A stretch of DNA of 62,918 bases, filler included, from Reclinomonas americana ATCC 50394 (lineage: Eukaryota), in the NCBI GenBank assembly GCA_048213135.1. It is 7 parts of 3 records of this genome, joined end to end, with 100 filler letters (N's around TTAATTAATTAA, not from the genome) between each part and the next. Parts side by side here need not be neighbours in the genome. Positions count along the whole stretch, not along the records: positions 1 to 15,931 come from PS015346.1; 6 more parts are not named here. One strand, written 5' to 3'. Below, in pieces: positions 1 to 15,987 of the stretch (within the stretch, counting starts at the first letter, position 1; the number at the start of each line of letters is the position of its first letter). The translations under genes were made by a program, and so were the position numbers. The notes beneath the pieces are model-generated. The model saw only the letters and a list, made by a program, of their open reading frames with translations, did not search any database and was not told where the DNA came from.

Positions 1-5
1 CCGTC

Positions 6-60
<55 letters not shown>

Positions 61-215
61 CCTCTCTCTCGCTCTCGCTCTCTCTTTGTCCCTCTCTCTC
101 TCCCTTCCCCTCGCTCTCCCTCGCTTCCTCTTGCTCTCTCTCTTTCTCACTCTCCCTCTCCCTCTCCCTCTCCCTCTCCCTCTCTCTCTGTCTCTATCTC
201 ACACACGCGACACAG

Positions 216-3756
<3,541 letters not shown>

Positions 3757-3966
3757 AAAACTCAAGAATATAGTCGACCCAATAGTTGTTTTGCACGCAC
3801 AAACCGCACATCTAACATCGCTTCACTCCACTCCACTCCATAACACGCACAAAAAATAATACTACATCGCACAAAACAATTCACAAAAATGCACACAAAA
3901 ATTGAACACTAAAAATCGCAAAAAAATATGACACTACCACCACACGCCGCCGCCGGTGAGACTCTC

Positions 3967-5560
3967 TCACGGAGTCGGTGGTAGGTCGAGTTCCCCAGTG
4001 GGGCACTTGCTTTCGACAATGGCTGCGCCAAAGTCCTGTGGCACGAACGCGATGAGAAGGCATGTGGTGTGGTGGAATGAAACCTAGGACACCTCCGCAA
4101 CTTCGTATTCCTCTCGCAGAATCCACACGTTTTCATACGTGGACAGCGAGGAGACAGTGGCCGCACCGCGCCACACATTATACAGGCGATCGGGAGTCGC
4201 CACCACATTTGGCTTTGCGCCCTCGCTGCGTCGGCGCTGGTACACCTCTCGCTGCAGGCGCTGACGGAAGCCCTCCATCATGGTGGATCCGCCGGAGACG
4301 ACAATGTTTTGCAAGAGCGTGGCTTGCGCATCCGGATCGCACAGCGACAACACACGACACACTGCAGCGAGAAAGAAGAGAGGAGATTCAGCACCAGCAC
4401 AACCCAATAATTTAGTCCTCCCTTCCCCACCCTGTCCCTCTCCCTCTCCCTTTCTACTCACCATGGTTGGCGATACCGGGCATACCCACGCGGTGCGTGA
4501 CAAGCTCGGGTCGGAACAGCGGCTCGGCACACTCGCGCCGCTCCGAGCTCACCACAATGGCGCGACCGTCGGGCAGCTGATACGTGGTCTCCCAGTCTGC
4601 ACTGACAACTGCGGCGGCGTTGACAGCGACGGACGATGCGTCGGACTCAGGGTCCAACTGCACATGTGCCAATGCCTCCTTCACCATGCGCGCATGCTCG
4701 GCCGTCACCGTCTGACCATGATCGCGCAACAACAGATCTTGCAAGTACGCCGTCACATCCTGTCCGGCCACAGGCAGTACATGCACAGCCTGCACACAGA
4801 ACGATGTGAGAAAAACGGCACGAAAAAGTCTGGCGATAGAAACGCAACGTGAGCCATCAGCTGTCCTTGCACAAACGGCACCACAGAGGAGATGCCATGA
4901 CCGCTTTCCACAACCAGGCCAGTGAGACCGACACCAGCGGCATACAATGCCATCTTTGGCGCGTACTCCAGGGACACGGCGGGCGCGTGGAACACGTTGA
5001 AGATCATGTCGACAACTGCGAGAGAGAGAGAGAAAGAGAGTGTCAGAAAGTCTGTTACGTTGACAATTGGTCGACCGCCAGCCGCAACTCTTGGCTCGTG
5101 CCGCCTGATTGGTGCCCGGGGCCACCGTGACCACGACTGGATGATTGGCCACCGGCACTCCGAGCTCGTGCTCAAACACGTGCTCCCACAGTGCTTGCAC
5201 GTCGTCCCAGTTTACCGCTTGAGCGCGCTCAAACGGACTCAGGCACTCATAGATGCCGCGGTGATTGACGGGCTCGTTGCCACACACAGTCGGCGCACCG
5301 CTTCCCTCCGGGGCCCGCCACACTGAACTCCGCACCACACAATGCGGCTGCCGCTCACCAGAAAAGCCGGCTTTGGTATACCCTACACACGAATCATTGC
5401 ATGGTGAGGAGACGAACGAATGGATGACACAGGCGATGAATAGAAAACAAGCACACCAGATCCAGAATCCACTGCACATGTAAAGCATCGCAATGAGCAT
5501 GCGGTCAAACAGCAGCGCAGAGCACGCAGGGAGGAGAGACGCAACAGACAAGGGCGCGTT
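3967..5560 (-). CDS. Divergent actin-related (Arp-like) domain, the C-terminal part of the gene above
   Basis: Spliced motifs ALVLDSGSGYTKAGFSGE, VNWDDVQALWEHVF, TGLVVESGHGISSVVPF, YQLPDGRAI, ECAEPLFRP, NIVVSGGSTMMEGF, VWRGAA and WILREEY...GAAIVESKC are collinear with actin. Confidence 0.93.
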
Positions 5561-8500
5561 CATGCAGGGCCGCCGAAAACGTGGCGCCAACCGAGGAACG
5601 TGCCGCCATAGCTGTGGATCCGTGGTATTCCGCTCCACCGTCGCCAGACTGGACTGTCGACTCGGCCGCTGTCCCACTTGCACTCGAATCTGAAGCGAAG
5701 CGCACCGACTTGCGACGTTTCTCCAACTTGGGCGACAAGCGGCCGGACACTGACGGTTTCCGCGCCTGCTCAGCTCCGATTGGGGCCAGCATCAGGGACG
5801 CCACCGCAATCGACGGACCGGCCGGATTGAGAGGCGACAGACGACCTCCAGCCACAGATCCGCCCAGGTTGCTTGATGCCACAGCCGACGAAGCGACCAT
5901 CATCACTGGCGTCGACGGCAGTGCCGAAGGCGGGGCCGCAATGATTTCCATGGACGACGAGGACCCGAATAGCGACATGCTGCGACGACGGCGTGCCGCT
6001 GCGCGCATGTCGGCTGCAGAAGTCGCATTCCCGTCGCCAGGAGCCAGCGCAGACTGCGTCGTTGCACTCGAAGGCTGTCGCCAGCAACACGACAGAAAAG
6101 TCAGCGAAATAACCGTGAGGCGACACCAACGTGAACTGTGCGGACGCAACGGCAGCACTGGCGACTCCGGTGGCACCGGTGCCCTCGCTTGTCACCTGCG
6201 CAGGCAGGTACTTGTGCCAGGTGCGAGCCTCGGCACGCAAGTCGCCGGCCAGTGCCTCGCCGAGAGCCACCAGTCGGCCAATGCGCTCCTGTTGAAGCTG
6301 CGTCGGATCAGACGCTGTGTGGGGGGCGAGGGAGAGTGAAGCGGTGAGCGATGCAAATTGTTGAAGCACGGGTGCACACAGACGAACTGACCTCGTGTCT
6401 TGAACGAGCCGAGCACCTGCTGATGCAACAGATTGTTCCTGTACAGCTCACTCGCGTCTTCCATCGGGAGGACACACACATGCGCCGCCTCCTCGTTGAT
6501 TTCCGTGAGGAGCTGGTGGATGGTGGACGGCTTTGTACCAGCACCACCACCAGCACCACCGCCATTCTGTGTGAATACACAGAGCGCGTCAGCAACGCGT
6601 AGCGTGGTGACAATGGAGGATTGACAATGCACCTCGTAGTCATCGGTTGGACGGCCCATCAGTTTCATACACGACACGTGCAACTGCTTCAACGCCTGCA
6701 CGCGAGAGTTGTCGAGTCAGCGCACGCGCACACACTCACATGCAAACGACATTATGAAGATCACCTCATCAGATCCGAGTACATCAGCCTGCGCTCGTCG
6801 CAGCTCGTCACGCTCCTGAGTGAGAAGCATGATTTCTTCGTCCAGGTTGTCCGCCTCGGCCAGACTCAGTCGCACACTCTTCCAGGCCTCGATGCGCTGC
6901 AGGGCCACACGCGGCAGTCAGAGGATGCAGTGGCGCAGACAATGGCTGCCATGGTGACTACACGCATACACACCTCTTCCACCATCAGCAGTGCTTCGCG
7001 CAGATCGTTGATGCGATCACGGACGGCGTTAGTGCGCAGCTGCAGCGGACTGTGGATGTCACGACGGCCGGCTCCAGAGGCCTGACAAGAGACATGAATT
7101 AGCACACGCACTGTCGCAATTGTGCAACCAATCAATCTACTTCGGTTCTGCCGCACCTTCAAAATACGCAGAATCTCCTCCTCCAGCACAATGGCCTCCT
7201 GCAACTCTTGCTGCTCCTGCTTGAGGTCATCGAGCGTGATGCGAATCGGCTCAAACTCCTCTGCCAGTGAGCGCAAATGCGCCAGCTCCTTTTCGGCCTC
7301 CGAGTGACGCAAGGTGCACAAAGCAAGCTCTTGCGAGACGCGCTCCAGGTCGGACGACAGCTGCAAGTTGCTCTCCTGCAGCGACTTACGATCTCGCTTC
7401 ACCGAGCGCAATGTCGACTCGGCACTCTCCAGCGAGGCTTGCAGGCGGTCGCGCTCAGCTTCAGCCTTGGACGAGGCATCCATCTGATACAACACCAGCA
7501 TGCAGTGAGAAGGATGTGAGGATCATCAAAATGAAAAGGGCGACAAACCTGTGCCTCCAGTGAGCTGCTGAGATTGGTTCGATCGATGGTGAGCGTGCGC
7601 ACTTGCTGCGTCAGTGCCTCCAACTGTATCTGCGAGATTTGCAGACGATGCAGCTGCTCGTCGGTCACCGACGCGCCAGTGTGCCCGGTGGAGCGGTGTG
7701 AACTGTTGAGTTCGGCCAGCAAGCGGTCGCGCTCCTGCAGCAGCGAACCCATTTCCTCCATGTGGGTCTCCAGCGAGGTTTGCAATCGCACGTTCTCCGT
7801 CTCCACCGTGCGCGCCTCCTTTGAGCGTGTTTGCAGCTCACGTCCCTGCAGCTCGCAAAGGCTCTTCACGTTGGCCAACTCGACCGTCAACTCCTCCACC
7901 GTGCGGTTCAACTCGTCGAACTCTGACACCAAGAACTCGTGAGCAGTCTTGTCGCTCTCCGAATCCTCCACGCGCTGGCGCAGAGCGGCCAGTTCAACGT
8001 CCTTGCTCTCGACGTCACGGGAGCGTTGGGCCAACACACTCATGGCCTGCCACAAACACGCATGAGCATTTCGAGGAAGTGATAGATAGAGAGAAGAGAC
8101 ACAATCGATGCAGACGTCACCTCAGCAAGCTGTGCGGTCAGCGCGTCCTTCTGCATGCGAGCATCGGCAGCATCGCGTTCCGCTTGAGTCACCGCGGCGA
8201 CAGAGGCCACCGACGAGGCAGCATTCGATTTCAAATGTTCGTTCTCCTCGCGCATCTCGGCCAGCTCCGACTCCATCGCGTGCGCCTCATCGAGCAACTC
8301 AGAAGTCGACAGCAGCTGCCGCTTCGTGTCCTCGAGTTCCGCCAGCACGTCATCAAGCTCGCTGCGAGGCACTCGTCCCGCCTCCAGCTCCTCAATCGTG
8401 AGTCGCAGAGCAGCGTTACTGCGCTGCTCTTCCTGTTAATGCGCAGAAACAGACGAGTGAGGTGACGGGATACAAAAATAACAAGGATCAGCAAGCGAGT

Positions 8501-11500
8501 CGCACCTCGAGCGCCGTGTTCGTCTCCAACAGGATTTGATAGTACTCGTCACGCTCCGCGTTTGCCGCTTGCAGTTGCTCCTCAAGACTGGATTGTGAGC
8601 CTTGTGTCGTCTCCGCGAATCGTGCACTCTCAACTCGGAGCTGACTAATTTGCTCCTTCAGAGCCGCCTCCGTCGCCACAGCTTGTTGCACCTGCTCCTC
8701 CAGCGCAGCTACTCGCACACTTGCGGCGTCAGCCTGAGAATGCAGTTGCTCCTTCAGAGCCGACTCCGTCGCCGCGGCTTGCTGCACCTGCTCCTCCAGC
8801 GCAGCTACTCGCACACTTGCGGCGTCAGCCTGAGAATGCAGTTGCTCCTTCAGAGCCGACTCCGTCGCCGCAGCTTGCTGCACCTGCTCCTCCAGTGCAG
8901 CCACTCGCGCACTCGAATCACCAGCCTGAGACTGCATTTGCTCCTTCAGAGCTGACTCAATCGCCACAGCTTGTTGCACTTGCTCCTCCAGAGCAGCTAC
9001 TCGAGCACTCGCGGCGTCAGCCTGTGCCTGCAGTTGCTCCTTCAGAGCTGTCTCCGTCGCCACAGCTTGTTGCACTTGCTCCTCCAGAGCAGCTACTCGA
9101 GCACTCGCGGCGTCAGCCTGTGCCTGCAGTTGCTCCTTCAGAGCTGTCTCCGTCGCCACAGCTTGTTGCACCTGCTCCTCCAGCGCAGCTACTCGCACAC
9201 TTGCGGCGTCAGCCTGAGACTGCAGTTGCTCCTTCAGAGCTGACTCCGTCGCCACAGCTTGTTGCACTTGCTCCTCCAGTGCAGCCACTCGAGCACTCGC
9301 GGCATCAGTCTGAGACTGCAGTTGCTCCTTCAGAGCCGTCTCCGTCGCCACAGCTTGTTGCACTTGCTCCTCCAGTGCAGCCACTCGAGCACTCGCGGCA
9401 TCAGTCTGAGACTGCAGTTGCTCCTTCAGAGCCGTCTCCGTCGCCACAGCTTGTTGCACCTGCTCCTCCAGCGCCGCCACCCGTGCACTCGCGGCATCAG
9501 CCAGAGACTGCAGTTGCTCCTTCAGAGCTGACTCCGTCGCCACAGCTTGTTGCACCTGCTCCTCCAGCGCAGCTACTTGCACACTTGCGGCGTCAGCCTG
9601 AGAATGCAGTTGCTCCTTCAGAGCCGACTCCGTCGCCGCTGCCTGCTGCACCTGCTCCTCCAGAGCCGCCACTCGAGCACTCGAATCACCAGCCTGAGAC
9701 TGCAGTTGCTCCTTCAGAGCTGACTCCGTCGCCACAGCTTGTTGCACTTGCTCCTCCAGTGCGGCCACTCGCGCACTCGCAGAATCAGTCTGAGACTGCA
9801 GTTGCTCCTTCAGAGCCGCCTCCGTCGCCACAGCTTGTTGCACTTGCTCCTCCAGAGCCGCCACTCGAGCACTCGCAGCATCAGCTTGAGACTGAAGTTG
9901 CAACAGCTGCTCCTTCAGAGCTGCCTCCGTCGCCACAGCTTGCAGCAACTGCTCCTCCAGTGCGGCCACTCGCGCACTCGCAGAATCAGCCTGTGCCTGC
10001 AGTTGCTCCTTCAGAGCCGTCTCCGTCGCCACAGCTTGTTGCACTTGCTCCTCCAGAGCCGCCACTCGTGCACTCGCAGATTCAGCCTGTGACAGCAGTT
10101 GCTCCTTCAGAGCCGTCTCTGTCGCCACAGCTTGTTGCACCTGCTCCTCCAGCGCAGCCACCCGTGCACTCGCACCGTCAGTCTGAGACTGCAGTTGCTC
10201 CTTCAGAGCCGTCTCCGTCGCCGCAGCTTGTTGCACCTGCTCTTCCAGTGCAGCCACTCGCACACTCGCAGAAGCAGCCTGAGATTGCAGTTGCTTCTTC
10301 AGAGCCGACTCCGTTGCCGCTGCCTGCTGCACTTGCTCCTCCAGAGCAGCTACTCGAGCACTCGCAGCATCAGCCTGAGACTGCAGTTGCTCCTTCAGTG
10401 CCGTCTCCGTCGCCACAGCTTGTTGCACTTGCTCCTCCAGAGCAGCTACTCGAGCACTCGCAGCATCAGCCTGAGACTGCAGTTGCTCCTTCAGAGCTGA
10501 CTCCATCGCCGCAGCTTGTTGCAGCTGCTCCTCCAGAGCCGCCACTCGTGCACTCGCAGAATCAGCCTGAGACTGCAGTTGCTCCTTCAGAGCCGACTCC
10601 GTCGCCACAGCGTGTTGCACTTGCTCCTCCAGTGCGGCCACTCGCGCACTCGCGGCATCAGCCTGAGACTGCAGCTGCTCCTTCAGAGCCGTCTCCGTCG
10701 CCACTGCCTGCTGCACCTGCTCCTCCAGCGCAGCCACTCGCACACTCGCGGTCTCAGCCTGAGACTGCAGTTGCTCCTTCAGAGCCGACTCCGTCGCCAC
10801 AGCTTGTTGCACCTGCTCCTCCAGCGCAGCCACTCGCACACGCGCGGTCTCAGCCTGAGACTGCAGTTGCTCCTTCAGAGCCGACTCCGTCGCCACAGCT
10901 TGTTGCACTCGCTCCTCCAGTGCGGCCACTTGTGCACTTGCAGCATCAGTCTGAGACTGCATGTGGATTTGAATCTCAGCCAGCTGGAATTCCAAACTCG
11001 ACGCTCGCTGCTGCGCGACCTCCGACTCCTCAGTCAGCGCGGCGACACGCGATTGCAGCAGAGATGTCTCTGCACGTGCCGCCTCCAGTGATGCTGAGCA
11101 ATCTTGCAGTTGAGACTCGACGGTCGCTGCCTCGGTGGTGGCACGAACCAGCTGCTCTTGCAGAGTTGAATTCTCGTCCACTGACTCGTCGAGGTGCTCT
11201 TGCATCTCGGTGATGCGCCGCCGTTCCTGCTGAAGCTGTTGAATCGTTGTCGTCAGCTGCTGCTGGCCGTCCGACTGCTGCTGCTGCATCAGCTGCTGAA
11301 TGGCCTGCAGCTTTTCCTCCGATGCCTCCACTGCAGCCTGCAAACGGATACGCTCATCCTCCAACGTAGCTGCCTCCATCATCGCAGAAACAAGCTGTTC
11401 ATGCAATGTCGCGGCCTCCTCACGTGCCTCCTCCAGCGAATCGGCGAGACTCTGCCGCTGTTCCTGAGCGTCGCGAGCCAAAGTTGCTTCCCTCTTCTTC

Positions 11501-14500
11501 GACTCGGCAAGTCGCGCCTCTACGTCTGCCAACTTGGCCTGCTCAGTCGACAACGCAAGTGCACCGGAGACGCGCTGTTGCTGCTCCGCCGCCAACGCGA
11601 TCTCAATCGACGCAATGTGATCTCGTGCAACATCAAGCTCACGCCCTCGAAGAGCCAGCTGCTCCGCTGTAACCGTGGTCACCGCCGCTTGCGTGACTCG
11701 AGTGACCAACACTTCTGCGGTAGCACATTGACGCTCGTCGGCAAGCGCACCAGCAAGCTCTCGAACGCGATCTTCCGCACGGTGCAAACTGTCTGCCGTG
11801 CGAGCCAGCTGCGCACAATGCTGGTCAACGGTTCTTGAGACGCCTGCGACTTCGTCCAGTAGCGCAGCCTCGATTCCCAGGGTGACGGCTCTACCAGCCA
11901 TGGTTGAAACCACCAGCGCAGACCGCAGCTCGGCAATCTCTTCGGCCGAACGAGCAGCGTCACGGAGCGTATCGTGCACAGTGGAGCTCAACACTGTGAG
12001 ATCGCACTCAGCCTGGTGCAGCTGCAGGCGCAGTCCATCAAGTCGCTGGGTGGCAGCCGCTAGAGCATCCCGTGACAACTCATCGTCAACTTGCAGTTGA
12101 TCACAGCGGGCCGATTCATCGGCCAGCGACTGCTGCAGAAGCGAGCACTCAAGCGTTGATGCTGTGTTTGCACAAGTCAGCGTTATTGTGACTATGAAAA
12201 AAAGAGAAGAAATTATACACACCACGAAGCGCAGATTGTGTGTCCACGAGGACAGCATCGACATGGTTGAAGATATTCTCGTTCACGATGCGTGCAACCA
12301 GAGCGCGACCGGTATCCAACGCGAAATCGTCGGCACGCTGGCGTTCAGTAGCCTGGCACTGCCGTTCAGCAGCCTCCAGTTGCGCCTTCAGCGTCATCAT
12401 TTGCTCTGAGTGAGCCTGCTCAGTCGATAGCCTGTCATGCTCAGCAGCCTCGAGTTGCACTTTCAGTGCCGTCACTTGATCCGAGTGAGCCTGCTCAGTC
12501 GATAACCTGTCATGCTCAGCAGCCTCGAGTTGTGCCTTCAGCGCTGTCACTTGCTCCGAGTGAGCCTGCTCAGCCGATAATCTGTCATGCTCAGCAGCCT
12601 CAAGTTGCGCCTTCAGCGCCGTCACTTGCTCCGAGTGAGCCTGCTCAGCCGATAATCTGTCATGCTCAGCAGCCTCAAGTTGCGCCTTCAGCGCCGTCAC
12701 TTGCTCCGAGTGAGCCTGCTCAGTTGACAGCCTGTCATGCTCAGCAGTCTCGAGTTGTGCCTTCAGTGCCGTCACTTGCTCCGAGTGAGCCTGCTCAGTT
12801 GACAGCCTGTCATGCTCAGCAGTCTCGAGTTGCGCCTTCAGCGCCGTCACTTGCTCTGAGTGTGCTTGCTCAGCCGATAACCTGTCATGCTCAGCAGCCT
12901 CAAGTTGCGCCTTCAGCGCCGTCACTTGCCCCAAGTGCGCCTGCTCAGTTGACAACCTGTCATGCTCAGCAGTCTCGAGTTGCGCCTTCAGTGCCGTCAC
13001 TTGCTCCGAGTGTGCTTGCTCAGCCGATAATCTGTCGTGCTCAGCAGTCTCGAGNNNNNNNNNNNNNNNNNNNNNNNNNNNNNNNNNNNNNNNNNNNNNN
13101 NNNNNNNNNNNNNNNNNNNNNNNNNNNNNNNNNNNNNNNNNNNNNNNNNNNNNNNNNNNNNNNNNNNNNNNNNNNNNNNNNNNNNNNNNNNNNNNNNNNN
13201 NNNNNNNNNNNNNNNNNNNNNNNNNNNNNNNNNNNNNNNNNNNNNNNNNNNNNNNNNNNNNNNNNNNNNNNNNNNNNNNNNNNNNNNNNNNNNNNNNNNN
13301 NNNNNNNNNNNNNNNNNNNNNNNNNNNNNNNNNNNNNNNNNNNNNNNNNNNNNNNNNNNNNNNNNNNNNNNNNNNNNNNNNNNNNNNNNNNNNNNNNNNN
13401 NNNNNNNNNNNNNNNNNNNNNNNNNNNNNNNNNNNNNNNNNNNNNNNNNNNNNNNNNNNNNNNNNNNNNNNNNNNNNNNNNNNNNNNNNNNNNNNNNNNN
13501 NNNNNNNNNNNNNNNNNNNNNNNNNNNNNNNNNNNNNNNNNNNNNNNNNNNNNNNNNNNNNNNNNNNNNNNNNNNNNNNNNNNNNNNNNNNNNNNNNNNN
13601 NNNNNNNNNNNNNNNNNNNNNNNNNNNNNNNNNNNNNNNNNNNNNNNNNNNNNNNNNNNNNNNNNNNNNNNNNNNNNNNNNNNNNNNNNNNNNNNNNNNN
13701 NNNNNNNNNNNNNNNNNNNNNNNNNNNNNNNNNNNNNNNNNNNNNNNNNNNNNNNNNNNNNNNNNNNNNNNNNNNNNNNNNNNNNNNNNNNNNNNNNNNN
13801 NNNNNNNNNNNNNNCTCGAGTTGCGCCTTCAGTGCTGTCACTTGCTCCGAGTGAGCCTGCTCAGTTGACAGCCTGTCATGCTCAGCAGTCTCGAGTTCCG
13901 CCTTCAGCGCCGTCACTTGCTCTGAGTGCGCCTGCTCAGTCGATAATCTGTCATGCTCAGCAGTCTCGAGTTGCGCCTTTAGTGCCGTCACTTGCTCCAA
14001 GTGCGCCTGCTCAGCCGACAATCTGTCACGCTCAGCAGTCTCGAGTTCCGCCTTCAGCGCCGTCACTTGCTCTGAGTGTGCTTGCTCAGCAGTCTCGAGT
14101 TGCGCCTTCAGCGCCGCCACTTGCTCCGAGTGAGCCTGCTCAGTTGACAACCTGTCACGCTCAGCAGTCTCGAGTTGCGCCTTCAGCGCCGTCACCTGCT
14201 CCGAGTGAGCCTGCTCAGTCGATAACCTGTCATGCTCAGCAGCCTCAAGTTGCGCCTTCAGCGCCGTCACTTGCTCTGAGTGTGCTTGCTCAGCAGTCTC
14301 GAGTTGCGCCTTCAGTGCCGTCACTTGCTCCAAGTGCGCCTGCTCAGTTGACAATCTGTCATGCTCAGCAGCCTCGAGTTGCGCCTTCAGCGCCGTCACT
14401 TGCTCTGAGTGTGCTTGCTCAGCAGTCTCGAGTTGCGCCTTCAGCGCCGTCACTTGCTCTGAGTGTGCTTGCTCAGCAGTCTCGAGTTGCGCCTTCAGTG

Positions 14501-15931
14501 CCGTCACCTGCTCCGAGTGAGCCTGCTCAGTTGACAATCTGTCACGCTCAGCAGTCTCGAGCCGCCCCTGCATCGTTGCCAGTTCTTCGCGAGCAACAGC
14601 CAGCTCATCTCGTGTTGACTTTCGCCGCCGCTCTGAACTGGTAAGCTTACCAATTGAGACGAGATTAAGCAGCCAGGCGTGTTGACGCTCGCCATCAGCA
14701 GCCTCCAGTTGCGTGCGCAATACCTCCCTCTGCTCGGTGGCCGCGCGCAGCTGATCCGCCGTCTCACGTCGCAATCGGGCGCATTCCTGTTGCACCTGAT
14801 CACGGCTGCTCGTCACAGCGGCAAGTTCAGCACGCGTGTTCTGCAGTGTGCGCTCCGCACTCTCCTGCATGGCCGCCGCCTCCTGCGCAGCACGCTGGCA
14901 GGCATCGTGCTGTTGGTCTCACTTGTTAGTTACCAGATAGCATCAGAGACACGGCGAATGGGGGAGCAGAATTCACCTTCCACTGCAGCTGCTCGACGCG
15001 CGACTCGAGTTGTACGCGTTCTGCCGTGCTTCGCTCCAGCTGCTCCTCGAGGCGGCGCACATTTGCACCGTGGTCACGCTCCACCACGTGTGCCTCCTCA
15101 AGCAGTCGCTCCATGTCATCCGTCTGCTGCTGACACCGGTCACGAAGGGTGGCGATTAGGGCCGACAGCTGCTCGTTTTCCAGCTTGTTCACCGCCAGTT
15201 CAGATCGAGCAGACTCGAGCGAGCGTTCTAATCTGACACGCTCCAGCGCCGCCTGCTGCACAACCACATTGCAGTGCTGTTCAACAGCTGCCGCGCCTTC
15301 CCGCACTCGCTCCAATTCGCTGGTCTTGGCCCGCACAGCGGCTCTGAGTTGCTCAACTTCAGCATCCAGCTCGCCGATGCGAACGTCACGCTGCGTTGGC
15401 ACAGTGTCAGCGACAGTCAACAAAGCCAACACCCGCAGAGAGCATAGCACACAAACCGGATCAGGAGGCACTTCCTCTGGAACCACGTCGCCAACAATGA
15501 GCTCCTCCGCCTCGCCACTGGCACTGACCGGTGCCCGAGGAGCGACGGCGGACAAAGCATCCGCAAAGCTCGGCGGCTCCGACAGCTGCGCCTGGTGTCT
15601 CTCGGGCACCACGACAGCCGCGTGCTCTCGGCCAGACTGATAGCTGCGTCTGGTGCGCGCGGCCTGTCGGAGCTCGCTGCACGTCGCCTCGGCGGCGGCC
15701 AGCTGCTCCTGCAACTCGGCCACTGTCGCGGCGTGCCTGCGATCAGATGCGGCCTGCAACCTCAACGCATCGTCCAACATGCGGCCTTGTGACTCGACCA
15801 CCACGTCGCACACTGCTGACGCCGCGGCAGCTTGCACCGTATGTTGAGCAAGCGTGATGGCATTGTCTTCGGCCTGCTGATTTTCAGTCTGCATGACTTG
15901 CTCCTCGAGACGCAAGACCTCATCCACCAGA
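3967..15931 (-). CDS. Giant (~3,500 aa, 5'-incomplete) tandem-repeat coiled-coil protein with a C-terminal actin-fold domain
   Basis: About 20 GT-AG introns of consistent phase join the E/Q/A/L-rich ORFs (14926-15927, 13041-14870, 12149-13000, 8488-12264, 8040-8372, 7399-8055, 6866-7501 and others) through a Ser/Ala linker (5546-6074) to the actin domain. The first stop in the spliced frame is at 3967-3969. A gap at 13055-13814 lies inside the repeat array. Confidence 0.8.
8655..10960 (-). repeat. Coding tandem repeat, 96-bp / 32-aa unit (SALKEQLQSQADAASARVAALEEQVQQAVATE), about 24 copies
   Basis: Visible in both DNA and translation; one copy near 9900 carries a 3-aa insertion. Confidence 0.97.
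12370..14560 (-). repeat. Coding tandem repeat, 75-bp / 25-aa unit (TALKAQLETAEHDRLSTEQAHSEQV) with 54-bp / 18-aa variants
   Basis: Directly visible on both sides of the 13055-13814 gap. Confidence 0.97.
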
Positions 15932-15975
15932 NNNNNNNNNNNNNNNNNNNNNNNNNNNNNNNNNNNNNNNNNNNN

Positions 15976-15987
15976 TTAATTAATTAA
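15976..15987. other. Artificial scaffold linker TTAATTAATTAA; also at 21926, 28149, 48098, 52791 and 59961
   Basis: Identical palindromic all-frame-stop 12-mer embedded in N-runs six times. Confidence 0.97.

Noticed and set aside
8721..11213. 830-aa Pro-rich ORF on the + strand, and similar ORFs at 12466-14644
   Set aside because: Antisense shadow of the coding tandem repeat; the minus frame is the one joined by splice sites to flanking exons.
15976..15987. Recurrent TTAATTAATTAA palindrome as a biological motif
   Set aside because: Always centred in fixed-length N-runs; it is an assembly linker with stops in all frames.
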